Source of the DNA: Parcubacteria group bacterium GW2011_GWA2_40_143
GTDB taxonomy: Bacteria > Patescibacteriota > Minisyncoccia > UBA9983
Direction: 5' to 3'
DNA length: 56,645 nt
Assembly (NCBI GenBank): GCA_000996035.1
Contig: LBYH01000003.1
Location: 1-56,645 of the forward strand
The notes under the pieces were generated by a model. The model saw nothing but the letters and a program-made list of their open reading frames with translations, searched no databases and had not been told where the DNA came from. How positions within the stretch are numbered: the first letter of the stretch is position 1; every line of letters begins with the position of its first letter. Positions 1 through 11,000 of this stretch are shown one piece after another. The position numbers and the translations under genes were made by a program.

Positions 1-165
1 ACCTTCATCAACACCGGAGTATAAAATTACTTTTTCGCATTTCCAATCGTTTTTTAAAAACTCGTATAATTTTCTCCAATCAACCAAAAAACCAAGCAAT
101 TGTTTCGTAGTGCTTTCTGTGTTTTGAACATCAACAAGGGCTATCTTGTTTTTCTTTTCTTCCAT
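1..165 (-). CDS. NYN/LabA-like domain protein, N-terminal part (gene runs off the window start)
   Basis: Not in the ORF track because it has no stop inside the window. A minus-strand ATG at 163-165 gives MEEKKNKIALVDVQNTESTTKQLLGFLVDWRKLYEFLKNDWKCEKVILYSGVDEG. The N-terminal pattern (IAxxDxQN, then W..D...L..YL) matches the NYN remnant at 11329. Confidence 0.5.
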   Translation of the reverse strand, partial: MEEKKNKIALVDVQNTESTTKQLLGFLVDWRKLYEFLKNDWKCEKVILYSGVDEG

Positions 166-181
166 AAAAATTATTACTTCA

Positions 182-190
182 ATTATACCA
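182..190 (-). promoter_or_regulatory. extended -10 element (TGgTATAAT on the minus strand) upstream of the NYN gene
   Basis: Plus-strand attataccac is the reverse complement of gTGGTATAAT, about 17 nt upstream of the ATG at 165. No convincing -35. Confidence 0.35.
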
Positions 191-317
191 CAAAAGTTTT
201 TCTTTATCCGCCAAACGCCCCCTTTAAAATCCCCTTTTCCAGCAGTTTCAATTCTTTTTCGGATGCGGATTGGAGGGATTGGATTTTTCTGACTTTTTCT
301 GAAAGAGAATTAAATTT

Positions 318-2896
318 TTAACTTAACAAATGCTTATTAAACACTTCTTCAAATTTTTCTCGCAACGCATTATTGACCTGTCCATCGTTAAAGAAAGGCA
401 AACCAATCAAGCGGAAATCTTTATTTTCAATCTTAAATGTATCAAAATCTGTTTTGCACTTCTGCTCTATTTCTAATAAAAACTTCTGTTTCCAACCTTC
501 TTTTGATTGCTCAAAAGTATTTTGCGCGTCCAAAAATTGATCACCTTTCGGCTCAACAAAAATCTGATACATAATTTCTTGCTTTGTCTTCTTCTTGGTC
601 AGAAACAAAACGAAATCTGGATAAAATGGCTCGCCGTTTTCAAAGCTGTAAATTTTGAAAAACTGCTCATTGCGAAGCAAGGCAATGTCTTGATATTTTT
701 TCTTTAACTTTGTTATTGCCTCATCAATAAAGCGCAAAAATGATTCTTCCTCGCTCGTTCCCCAGATTTCGTTTTGTGCAAACCAATTCCGAGAAGAAAA
801 ATCAAAATCTCGCATATTTTGCGCTCGTGGACTTTCGCTGTCTAATTGCAACACCTTGTCATTTTCAAATATTTTTTGGATCAAATGAGCTTTAAATTCC
901 TTTGTTCCGTAGTATTCCTTTTTCTCTTTGCCGGCGATTTCCAACACTTTATCAATCACAAATCCGGCAATGCTCAATTTTTCAACCTGCAAAAGATTTT
1001 CTACTTGTTCACTTGTGCCTTTTACCTTGATTTTAATTCCTCCTAGATATTTCTCATTTGAAATAAAATCTTTTGCTGATTCTATATTACCGAATATCTT
1101 TTTTAACTCATCAAATCGTCCGGCTGGTATTTTCGCCAAGGCGGTACGGACAATATGCGATCCTAAATCAGCAATTTTATAATCCCGAATTTCTATTTTT
1201 GCCTTTACTCCGGCGCCGACACCAACAACAAATAAATCTTTTTCTATTGCTTCTCGTGTTGGTAGTTGAAAAATATTTATTTCTGCGTTATGGTCAAATT
1301 CTGCCTTGGCGTCCGAAAGCGCAAAAATATCCTTGCCCAAATTCTCTTTGCGAGAATTTAAGAAAATATAACCTTTCTTCCAAAAATTACTGTTTTTAAA
1401 ATCACTTTTGATCTTAATCTCTTTTTGTACTGTGCGCGACGGCATAATACCCTCACGAACCAAAACACTTTCCAATTCTTGAATATAGATCTCGCGCCTC
1501 GTCCGATAAGTTGTGCCTCTTGTACGGTTGCCGGCCCTGGCTTGTTACTGACAATTGACCGGCTGTTGTAAAGGCGGACAATATCAAAAAGATTCAAAAC
1601 ATCCCAGCCCTCGTTCAATTTTTCTGTCGCAAAAATAGCGCGAATTTCATTACTTTGATCTTCCAAAGAATTAAGTAAAATTTGCTTTTGCTCTAAATCC
1701 TTATCTTCATCAACAGTCAAACACTTTTCCGGCGCAAAATCACTTTTAATTTCTAACACTAAGTCCGCCAAAGATATTTTTTGGCTCTTAAAGAATTGAA
1801 ATGCTTTTTGCAATGTTGGGTCATTAATTGCAGTTTGTTGTTTTAAGTGTTTTTCGCCAAGTTCAGAAATAAGCTTATGAAATAATTCCTTGAAAATGCT
1901 TGAAACGACAATTTGCGGATTGTGTTCTTTTGATATTCCTTCTTTGGGGATGCTTACTCTATTGGCTTTAAACATCACCACCGGCTTTAAAGCGATTTTA
2001 TGCTTCTCGGCTACTTTACGGCGATATTGCGAAATAATCACCGCCGAAAGCGCGCGTTCCATAATCGGCGCGTTAATTTGCAAAGTTCGCACATCTTTTG
2101 AAAACCCGTCCAAACGATATTCTTTCAGATCATAGCGATAAATCGCTTTATCTTTGTATTTTTCCAAAATTTCCGGATATTCCTGTTCTAATCGAGCTGT
2201 TGCCGTAAATTCCAAAAGCACATTATCCTTTTGGCTGTTGGCGTTTAAAATCCGCATTACTGTATTTTCCCAATTTCGGCGGTCTTCTGCTTCGGTTTTG
2301 CTTATTTTGCCATTTGTTTCTGCTGACAGGTTGTGCGCTTCATCAGCAATCAAAACAATTTTCTTGTCCGCAAAATCTTCATAAGTCAAAATATTTTCGC
2401 GAGCGAAATTAAAGCGAGAATGCAAAAGCGCGGTCGTGGAAAAAATAATGTTTATATCGTCATCATTTACGCCTTCAAAATTATTCACTTCTTTGATTTT
2501 TATTTCTTGACCACCAAGTGTAATTTTATCGGCAAACAAATACTTTTTTGAATTCGAATCAAGAAAATTGGCTTTGGTCTTTTGGATAATGTTGCCAAGA
2601 CGAGTAAAGAAAATGAAATTTCGATATCCTTTTTGATAAAAATACAAAAGATTGGCGGCCATGATGAGCGTCTTGCCCGAACCGGTCGCCATATTAAACA
2701 TCAAATGAATCGGCTTTTGTTTTTGGTGGTATTCCTCAACATAATAATAAAACCGCCCCAACGCTTCTTTTTGGTATTCGCGAACCGAAAAAGCCGGATT
2801 AAGATTTTTCAGAATATCCGTTTTTTCTGTCGCCTTGTTTTTGAAAACATCAGCGCCAGCAAAATCTTTGTGATTGTTAAATTTTTCGTATAGCAT
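318..2896 (-). pseudogene. res: type III restriction enzyme Res subunit, split into two overlapping frames
   Basis: ORF 1358-2896 carries the SF2 helicase motifs (MATGSGKT, LIADEAHN, QLIGRGAR) and then runs into basic junk. ORF 318-1475, in another frame, continues plausibly and ends with a PD-(D/E)xK-like nuclease motif (YPDFVLF ... IFVEPKG). The frame switch lies close to the GRGAR codons near 1490. Confidence 0.8.
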
Positions 2897-2907
2897 ATTT
2901 AAATTAC

Positions 2908-4377
2908 CTAAAATAAACTTTCTTGCTTTCCAGAGTCATTTTTATCAATCTGTTTCGATTCAATTTTCGCATCCGTTTTTCTCCATGCGCTGTTTACCCC
3001 TTTTTTCTCAGGAATCATCTCGATCATTTTGCGATCCTTGAGTTTATAAAAAGATCTTTTTACGGCATTCTCAGATTTTATACCTGTTATATCCCTAGCT
3101 GTTTCATTATTTATTTCATCGTGATTTTCTAGATAACGCATAATTTGTTCTTCGGGCGAGGCCAGGGGTTCGTGTGGTAGGATTACTATCACTTTCGTTT
3201 TAATGTCTTTGATAATTGGCTCCTTTAACCTAACTTCTTTCATCTTTTCAAAAGCTGTATTTAATCCTTCACCAATATCATGATTGGGTCTATCCGGATA
3301 TTTATTTAGCAATCTAACAATTTTAGAATTTCTAGAAAAACGTACGTCAAGAATATTTTGCGGAGTAACAAAAGCAGGCAACGGGCCTGGACTATGAACT
3401 TCTACTCTATTATTAAAAATAAAAACCAATACATCATCTGAAATGTTAAAATCACGATGGATTAAAGCGTTTACTAAAATTTCCTTAATTGCCTCCGGAG
3501 GATATTTTGCACGCTCAAGCCCTGTTGGCCCCATAACAGGCACGGAATCAATAATTCTTTGGATTTCCTTAAGACCAGTAATAATCTGTTGATGCAACGG
3601 ACCCTCCACGGTTTTCTGTTCTTTTAGATGCGATCTTTCTGGCACTTCTTCATTAGTATCATACCAAGTAATCTTTAGAGAGCATTTCTTTGGTAAAACA
3701 GCTTGCGGATTTTCGTCATAAAGGAGAACAGCTGCGTATATTGGCTTTAATTTTTCATTAACGCCAGATATTAAATTTTGTTTTCTTAAAAAATCCTGCC
3801 TGTCAGTTTTGGGTAAATAATAATCTAAAAATTCATTTAATTCAGAGGAGTCTAATAAACGATCAATGTCATAATTCGCAATGTTTTGATTTTCATAACT
3901 TGTTGCGCCTTTTGATAATTGTAAATTTGTTATTTCCTCCCCGGCTATTAAAATACACTGGGCTCCTTTTCGGATATAAGAATTTCCACCCGCGGTATAA
4001 TGAACGTCTGGACTTTTCTCTATCGAAACCCTAAGTACCTTTCCTAATTTTTCATTTTTTTCTATTTCTAAAAACTCAAACCCAATGCCCGCAAGAGTCG
4101 GACTAATATTTCGTGTAATATCAGCGATGGTATTATTCGCTTCCTCTTGTATTTGAAAACCACCCCACCTCTCAAATTTTCCTCCTGTTAAACCAGTATC
4201 TTTTCTGTCGTGGATCCCAATTAACAATTCTCCACCATCCGCATTGGCGAATGCTATACATTTTTTTTGTACAACCTCGCCTTTGTAATCTTTTCTTGTA
4301 ACATCAAAAAAATGGTCCTCTTCCTCATTAAGAAACTTAATGGCATCTTGTTCGCTAATTTTCTTAACTTCGAACAT
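2908..4377 (-). CDS. Schlafen/AlbA_2-domain ATP-binding protein with C-terminal wHTH (COG2865-like)
   Basis: N-terminus EDHFFDVTRKDY...IAFANADGGELLIGI is AlbA_2-like. The central EAIKEILVNALIHRDFN...FNNRVEVHSPGPLP matches the HATPase_c_4 pattern. The C-terminal tail is HTH-like. Gaps to mod (4 nt) and res (11 nt) are tight. Confidence 0.7.
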   Translation of the reverse strand: MFEVKKISEQDAIKFLNEEEDHFFDVTRKDYKGEVVQKKCIAFANADGGELLIGIHDRKDTGLTGGKFERWGGFQIQEEANNTIADITRNISPTLAGIGFEFLEIEKNEKLGKVLRVSIEKSPDVHYTAGGNSYIRKGAQCILIAGEEITNLQLSKGATSYENQNIANYDIDRLLDSSELNEFLDYYLPKTDRQDFLRKQNLISGVNEKLKPIYAAVLLYDENPQAVLPKKCSLKITWYDTNEEVPERSHLKEQKTVEGPLHQQIITGLKEIQRIIDSVPVMGPTGLERAKYPPEAIKEILVNALIHRDFNISDDVLVFIFNNRVEVHSPGPLPAFVTPQNILDVRFSRNSKIVRLLNKYPDRPNHDIGEGLNTAFEKMKEVRLKEPIIKDIKTKVIVILPHEPLASPEEQIMRYLENHDEINNETARDITGIKSENAVKRSFYKLKDRKMIEMIPEKKGVNSAWRKTDAKIESKQIDKNDSGKQESLF

Positions 4378-4381
4378 GTGG

Positions 4382-6292
4382 TTATTTATAAAAATCTCGA
4401 TTTAACTCATGGTCTTCCTTACTAATCCCATACTCCTTATCCTCAATCTCGCTCAAATTGACATAAAGCTGATTTTTATCTAAACACTCAATCAAAAACT
4501 TCTTTTGGTCGGCAAGCGACAAATCTGCAAAATCTTTCGCATTTTCGTCAAAAATTTTCAAGTCAACCCTCCAACTCAAAAAAGTATTATCTTTCAAATC
4601 ATTCCAAATCGTTTGCAATTCTTTGCCGGTCTTAGCTTTTTTAATTTCTATCACTATCTTTTCATTCCACTCTGCCAGTTCCATATACACAAAATCCCCT
4701 CCGCCTTTCCAGCTCACAACTTCGGAAATACCGCCCTGTTCACCGACAATCACTTTTTTCAATCGCGCTTCCGGCAGGTCGTGAATATAATCCATTTGTT
4801 CAATACCGATATATTGTCGTCCAGTTTTATGTGCGACCGCTAAAGTTGTTCCGCTTCCAGCAAAAAAATCTAAAACCAAATCATATTTTTTACTTCCAAG
4901 TTCTAAAATTCTTTGCAAAAGCCGCTCGGGTTTCGGTGTACCAAAAATGCCACCAAAACCAAGAGCATTGATTTCTCTTTTTGAGTCTTGATTATCACCA
5001 ACTTCAGTACGAAACCATATTGTTTTAGAAACAAGTCCTTCCTGTACTTCAGAAAGAAAAGTTTTTAAACGAGGCAGGCCATTCCCGTCTTTACCGAACC
5101 ATATTCGATTATCTTTCACTAACTCCTGAAACTTCTCTTTTGTAAATCTCCAACTCCGGCTTTCAGGAGGATGAACGATTCTCCCTGACGGTGTTGTTAT
5201 CGGAAAATCAGTATTTGCAGAATATGTTTTCACGGAAGGGTTATCTGACATCCACAGACCTCTTGTATCATTGTCGGGATTTTTATATCCAGCATCTGAT
5301 GCACTTGTTCGCGACAATAAATTAGGTCGCCAAGTGTTTTTATCTTTCGCGAATAAAAGAATATGATCATGACTATCCGAAAGCCATTTTGCGTCATTTT
5401 GCGGAGAATATTTTTTCTCCCATATCACATTTGCCACAAAATTTTCTCGTCCGAAAATACCGTCGCAAAGCACTTTCAGATAATGAGATTCATCATCGTC
5501 AATGTTGATCCAAATACTTCCGTCTTTACTCAATAATTGTTTTGCTGTTTCCAGCCGATTCTTCATAAATACAAGCCACGAAGAATGATTAAAACTGTCA
5601 TTATACCCAAAACTATCATTGCCGGTGTTATATGGCGGATCAATGTAAATCAATTTTACTTTTCCAGCGAATTCTTTTTTGAGCGAGGCAAGGGCGAGCA
5701 GGTTGTTGCCTTTGATAATCAAATTGTCCTTAATTGTGCCTTTTTCATCGCGCTTGAAGCTTTCCAGTTTATGTTCCTTGACCGCCGAAGCTTTAGCGGA
5801 GGCGGTGCTTTTTTCAATGCCTATCCGTTTGAAATTGGTAAAAACTTTTGCGTCAAGCAAGCGATTGATGTCGTCCGGCGCCAATGTTTCGTTATAAAAA
5901 ATCTCATCTCGTTTCTGGTCTTCTTTGGTCATTCCGCCTTCCAAAACACAATCTTTGTAAGGCCACGCCAAAACCACTTCTTTGTTTTCACTCACATATT
6001 CATCGCCAGCAGTTAAGCCGATTTTGTTTTTGAAAGCGGTATAAGAATCTGGCAAAAATTGTTTATTGGACACAAAGCGGATAAATTTCTCTTTATCAAA
6101 AATAAGTGTTTTTTCCACTTCAAAAAAGAAGTGTTGTTTTATCGCTTTGTCTGAAAGCAAAAGTTTAATCAACGCCGGATCATTCTTACGCGCCAATTCC
6201 TGCGTCTGATTTTTCAAAATAATGCCATCTTGCGAAACAAGACGCTCGTCTTTCTTTAATAAATCTGTTAGTTGTTCAAATATGTTTTTCAC
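4382..6292 (-). CDS. mod: type III RM adenine-specific DNA methyltransferase Mod
   Basis: Catalytic motif LIYIDPPYNTG and AdoMet motif DFFAGSGTTLAVAH. Size and N-terminus are typical of Mod subunits. It lies in an operon with res. Confidence 0.85.
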   Translation of the reverse strand: MKNIFEQLTDLLKKDERLVSQDGIILKNQTQELARKNDPALIKLLLSDKAIKQHFFFEVEKTLIFDKEKFIRFVSNKQFLPDSYTAFKNKIGLTAGDEYVSENKEVVLAWPYKDCVLEGGMTKEDQKRDEIFYNETLAPDDINRLLDAKVFTNFKRIGIEKSTASAKASAVKEHKLESFKRDEKGTIKDNLIIKGNNLLALASLKKEFAGKVKLIYIDPPYNTGNDSFGYNDSFNHSSWLVFMKNRLETAKQLLSKDGSIWINIDDDESHYLKVLCDGIFGRENFVANVIWEKKYSPQNDAKWLSDSHDHILLFAKDKNTWRPNLLSRTSASDAGYKNPDNDTRGLWMSDNPSVKTYSANTDFPITTPSGRIVHPPESRSWRFTKEKFQELVKDNRIWFGKDGNGLPRLKTFLSEVQEGLVSKTIWFRTEVGDNQDSKREINALGFGGIFGTPKPERLLQRILELGSKKYDLVLDFFAGSGTTLAVAHKTGRQYIGIEQMDYIHDLPEARLKKVIVGEQGGISEVVSWKGGGDFVYMELAEWNEKIVIEIKKAKTGKELQTIWNDLKDNTFLSWRVDLKIFDENAKDFADLSLADQKKFLIECLDKNQLYVNLSEIEDKEYGISKEDHELNRDFYK

Positions 6293-6417
6293 GTTTTTAT
6301 TTTACCATTTTTTAGACAAAATCACAAGGTTTTTAGCCCCGCTTGGACATTCAATGTTCAAGTGATTTGTTTTACTTCAAACCCCTGCAATTTTCGGCCG
6401 GTTGGTAGCCGGCTTTT

Positions 6418-7416
6418 TTATTTTTTCTTTATAGATTTTGAAATTTTTTTTACTTCTTTATCAAAGTCGGAAATATATTTTTTATCCTCATTGTTGCGAT
6501 ATTTTTCAAATTCCGTTTCAGCTTTGGCTTCCGCTTTTGCCGCACTCACTTTGCCAGCATTGGTCAAAAGTTTTTTCTCACTCAACTTTAAAAACTCATC
6601 CAGCTTTTTCACCCAGTCAATCATTTTCATCGGTCTCTCGTTGGTTGCCTGCAATTCAGCAAAATCCAAGAAAAGCGAAACAATCAGATTCAACTGTTTT
6701 AATTCCTTTTCTGTTAGATAATTTTTAGCGATTTTTATATCGCTGGCGGTAATGTATTTCCCCTTAAAATTCGTCAGCCCCATCATTGGCTTTCCGCTGT
6801 CTGCTCTTTCACTGATAACTTCCGCCGCAGTGCGTCCATGCACAGCGAAGTGCATTTTATTTTGAACTGTGGCAAAAAATTCTTGAGTGATTTTGTCGTC
6901 TTTGAGATAGTCAATACTGGTAGCGTAAATATCCGTCACTTTTTGATAAAAATTTCTTTCACTTGCGCGGATATCCCTAATACGCTGTAAAAGTTCTTCG
7001 AAATATCTAGCTTTTTGCCCGCCCTGTTTTAACCTCTCATCATCTAACACAAAACCTTTGACAATATATTCTTTGAGTCTTTGAGTTGTCCAAATGCGAA
7101 ATTGAGTCGCTCGTTTTGAATTTACCCTGTAGCCCAAAGCAATGATGGAATCCAAATTGTAGTGTTTTGTATCGTACTCTTTGCCATCGGCAGCAGTTAT
7201 TCGGAAATTCCGAATAACTGCTTTTTCTTCTAATTCTTGCGTAAAAAATATATTTTTTAAATGCTCATTGATTGTCGGCACGCTAACTTCAAAAAGTTCT
7301 GCCATAAGTTTTTGAGTAAGCCACACCGTTTCATCTTGAAATTGAACATCAATTTTAGTCTGACCGTCTTCAGTCTGGTAAATGATAATTTGCGATGATT
7401 GGTCATGATTTTTCAT
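6418..7416 (-). CDS. rhuM: RhuM-family protein
   Basis: IIIYQTEDGQTKIDVQFQDETVWLTQKLMAELF...YNLDSIIALGYRVNSKRATQFRIWTTQRLKEYIVKGFVLDDERLK is the characteristic RhuM core. Confidence 0.75.
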   Translation of the reverse strand: MKNHDQSSQIIIYQTEDGQTKIDVQFQDETVWLTQKLMAELFEVSVPTINEHLKNIFFTQELEEKAVIRNFRITAADGKEYDTKHYNLDSIIALGYRVNSKRATQFRIWTTQRLKEYIVKGFVLDDERLKQGGQKARYFEELLQRIRDIRASERNFYQKVTDIYATSIDYLKDDKITQEFFATVQNKMHFAVHGRTAAEVISERADSGKPMMGLTNFKGKYITASDIKIAKNYLTEKELKQLNLIVSLFLDFAELQATNERPMKMIDWVKKLDEFLKLSEKKLLTNAGKVSAAKAEAKAETEFEKYRNNEDKKYISDFDKEVKKISKSIKKK

Positions 7417-7467
7417 CCTTCTATTTTACGCTTTTTTAAGGAAATTATCTATATTTATTCACAATTT

Positions 7468-8046
7468 TCAAATATGGCAAAAAGTTTTTCGGTGAATGGG
7501 CGAGAGGCCGTGGGCGGCTACGCACTCAAAGTGTTCTTTAGTGCCGTAGCCTTTGTGTTTGGCAAAATTATATTGAGGATATTTTTTGTGCATAACCAGC
7601 ATTACTCTGTCTCTTGAGACTTTGGCTATTATAGAAGCAGCGGATATTAGTGGCACTTTCTCATCACCTTTCTCTATGGTTTCCTGCTCGTATTTTTCCG
7701 GCGCGAAAAGCAAGCCGTCAAGAAGCACCATGTCAGGTTTGCGAGAAAATTTTTCCAAAACTTTTTCCACCCCGAAAAGTACAGCCTTTCTGATGCCAAA
7801 CTTATCAATCATCTCGTTGCTTACGAAAACATGATGCGTTTCAAACTCCGGCTGTTCGTTTAAAACTTTGAACCATTCTTCTCTTTTTTTCGCGCTTAAT
7901 TTCTTGGAATCTTTGATGCCTTCCAGAATTTTTATTTTTTCATTTTTATCTTTAAGTTTTACTCCCGCCGCGCCCACGCACACCGGCCCGGCCAAAGGCC
8001 CCCTGCCAGCTTCATCTATCCCCACCACAAAAAGCTCATTCTCCAT
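7468..8046 (-). CDS. rnhB: ribonuclease HII
   Basis: GIDEAGRGPLAGPV active-site motif, DSKKLS, and C-terminal KGYG. Confidence 0.85.
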   Translation of the reverse strand: MENELFVVGIDEAGRGPLAGPVCVGAAGVKLKDKNEKIKILEGIKDSKKLSAKKREEWFKVLNEQPEFETHHVFVSNEMIDKFGIRKAVLFGVEKVLEKFSRKPDMVLLDGLLFAPEKYEQETIEKGDEKVPLISAASIIAKVSRDRVMLVMHKKYPQYNFAKHKGYGTKEHFECVAAHGLSPIHRKTFCHI

Positions 8047-8085
8047 TATTTAATAATAGCAAAACTTATGCTAAAATTCTAAATT

Positions 8086-11000
8086 ATGTCATCTAAATTC
8101 GTCCACTTGCATGTGCATTCTCATTATTCGCTTCTAGACGGCTTGGCCAAGATAGACGATTTGATAAAAAAAGCCGTAGAGCTTAAAATGACCGCTCTTG
8201 CCTTAACTGATCACGGCAACATGCACGGCTCCATTGAGTTTTATAAAAAATGCAAAAAAGCCAATATTAAACCCATAATCGGCACGGAATGTTACATCGC
8301 CTTTGAGGGCATGCGAGACAAGAGGCCGGGCATAGACAACAAACGTTATCATTTGGTGCTTCTCGCGCGAAACGAGATTGGTTACAAAAATCTCAAACAG
8401 ATAGTAACCGCCGCCAACTTGGAAGGTTACTATTATAAGCCGCGAGTAGATAAAGCCTATCTGCGCGCCCACAGCGAAGGTCTTATTGCTCTTTCCGCCT
8501 GCATGGCCGGCGAAGTTTCCAGAAAAGTGGAAAAAAAAGATTTTGCCGAAGCGGAAAGAATTGCCAAAGAATATGAAGAGATTTTCGGCAAAGGAAATTT
8601 CTTCATAGAAATAGGTCATCATCCCACCATAGATGGTTACATGGAAATCCAAAAAGGCCTCGCGCGAGTGGCAAGAAACGCCGGCATCCCGCTTGTGGCC
8701 ACTCAAGATGTGCACTACGCGAACGTGGAAGACAGAGAAGCCCAAGATATATTGGTGGCTATCCAGACAAACGCTCAACTTGCTGACACAAACAGAATGA
8801 CCATGAAGAACGAAAACAATTCCATGAGATCCATGGAGGAGATGGTAGAACTTTTTAAAGACACGCCGGACGCCATAGAAAACACGGTAAAAATCGCCGA
8901 GTGCTGCAATTTGGAGCTGGAGCTCGGCAAATGGGTTTTCCCAAAACTTGAATTGAAAGACAACAGAAAGCCGGAAGAATATCTCCAAGAATTGGCTTAC
9001 GCCGCATATAAGGAAAAATTTTCCGCCAGAGACGCGGACGGGGAAATTAAAAAAAGAGTGGATTACGAGCTGGAAGTTATCATTGGCAAAGGTTATGCTC
9101 CATACTTTCTTATTGTTTCCGATCTCATAAACTTTGCCAGAGAAAAAGGTATTGTTACCACCACAAGAGGCTCGGCCGCCGGCTCTCTCGTCTCTTACCT
9201 TATAGGTATCACCACCGTGGATCCGATAGAATACATGCTGCCGTTTGAAAGATTCCTCAACCCGCACAGACCTTCTCCGCCTGATATTGACATGGACTTT
9301 GCCGACGACAGACGCGAAGAAGTTTTGGAATATGCCAAAGGGAAATACGGCCGAGACAAGGTGGCTCAGATAGGCACCTTTGGCACCATGATGGCGCGCG
9401 GCTCGGTGCGCGACGTAACTCGCGCCCTAGGCAAGCCATACGATTTAGGCGACAGAATAGCTAAACTTATACCCATGGGCAGCCAAGGTTTCCCCATGAC
9501 TATCGCTCAAGCGATAGAAATAGAACCGGAGCTTAAGAAAATGTACAAAGGTGAGCCTGAAGTAAAACAGATAATTGATTTGGCAAAAAAAATAGAAGGC
9601 TGCGCCAGACACATTTCCGTGCATGCCGCCGGCGTAGTGATCTCGCCCACCGAGCTTACCGATTTTGTGCCGCTCCAATTTGAACCCAAAGGAGAAAAAA
9701 TCATCACTCAATTCAACATGCATGACGTGGAAGAAGCCGGCCTGCTAAAGTTTGATTTCTTAGGTATTAAAAATCTTGCCATTTTGGGAAATTCAATAAA
9801 AATTGTAAAGAAAATTCATGGTATAGACATTGATATTCAGAATATTCCGCTTGATGACAGAAAAACTTTTGAGCTTCTTTCCAGGGGCGACACCACCGGC
9901 GTATTCCAGATGGGCGGTAGCGGCATGACAAGATACCTTAAAGAACTTGCGCCCTCAAGGATTACGGATCTTATGGCTATGATAGCCCTCTTCCGCCCCG
10001 GCCCGATGGACAACATCCCTTCATATATCAAGAGGAAACACGGACAAGAAGCTATCACCTATCTTGATCCGCGCCTTGAGAAAATACTGGAAAAAACCTA
10101 TGGCGTTGTAACCTATCAAGATGACGTACTCTTTATCGCCATAGAATTGGCCGGCTATGATTGGGGCAGCGTGGACAAGTTTAGAAAGGCTATCGGTAAA
10201 AAAATTCCCGAAGAAATGGCCAAGCAGGAAAAGATTTTTATAGAAGGATGCCAAACTCACGGCGGTATCACCAAACAAAAAGCTGAAGCTTTATGGAGTC
10301 TCTTTGATCCGTTTAAAGGATACGGTTTCAACAAAGCTCATGCCGCCTCTTACGGCATGGTGGCTTACCAAACGGCTTACATGAAGGCCAACTTCCCCGC
10401 CGAATATATGACGGCCGTGCTCACCGCCGACTCCGGCGATACTGAGAAAATTGCCGTTTCCATCGTAGAGTGCAAAAAAATGGGCATACCGGTTTTACCG
10501 CCGAACGTAAACGAAAGCTTTGAAGATTTTACCGTGATAAAAGGAGAGAAAGAAAAAAATTCGCCGGATCAGATAAGATTCGGGTTGTGCACCATCAAAA
10601 ATCTCGGCGCCGAAATATCGCGCGTGATAATAGAAGAGAGAAAAGCTAGCGGCCAGTTTAAATCTTTTGCCGATTTCCTAGACAGGATCAAGCATAAAAA
10701 TTTAAATAAAAAATCTCTTGAGGCTCTCATAAAAGCCGGCGCCATGGATGAATTTGGTGAAAGAGGTCAACTTCTCGGCAACACGGAAGACGCTCTGTTG
10801 TATAGCAAAGACACCGCCAAACTCAACCAAAACCAAGGATCGCTTTTCTCTCTTATGCAAAACGCAACAAGCGTGCCGGGCCTAAAACTTAAAGAAACGC
10901 CGCCGGCCTCTCAGCATGAAAAGCTTTTATGGGAGAAGGAACTTCTCGGTTTGTATATTTCCGGCCACCCATTGGACAGGTTTAAAGAAAAATTTGAAAA

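Noticed and set aside
6396-6412. GCCGG...CCGGC hairpin followed by a T-run between rhuM and mod
   Set aside because: The U-tract is on the plus strand while both flanking genes are on the minus strand. As a minus-strand terminator it lacks a U-run. The stem is too short to call.
8203-9267. Long ORFs antisense to well-supported genes: 354 aa inside dnaE, also 49596-50441 inside pilB, 20127-20855 across thyX/tmk, 15997-16575 in gyrB, and 40428-40943 in ligA
   Set aside because: They lie entirely within strongly supported conserved genes on the opposite strand. Their composition is odd (rich in F, R and H) and they carry no recognisable motifs. These are typical shadow ORFs.
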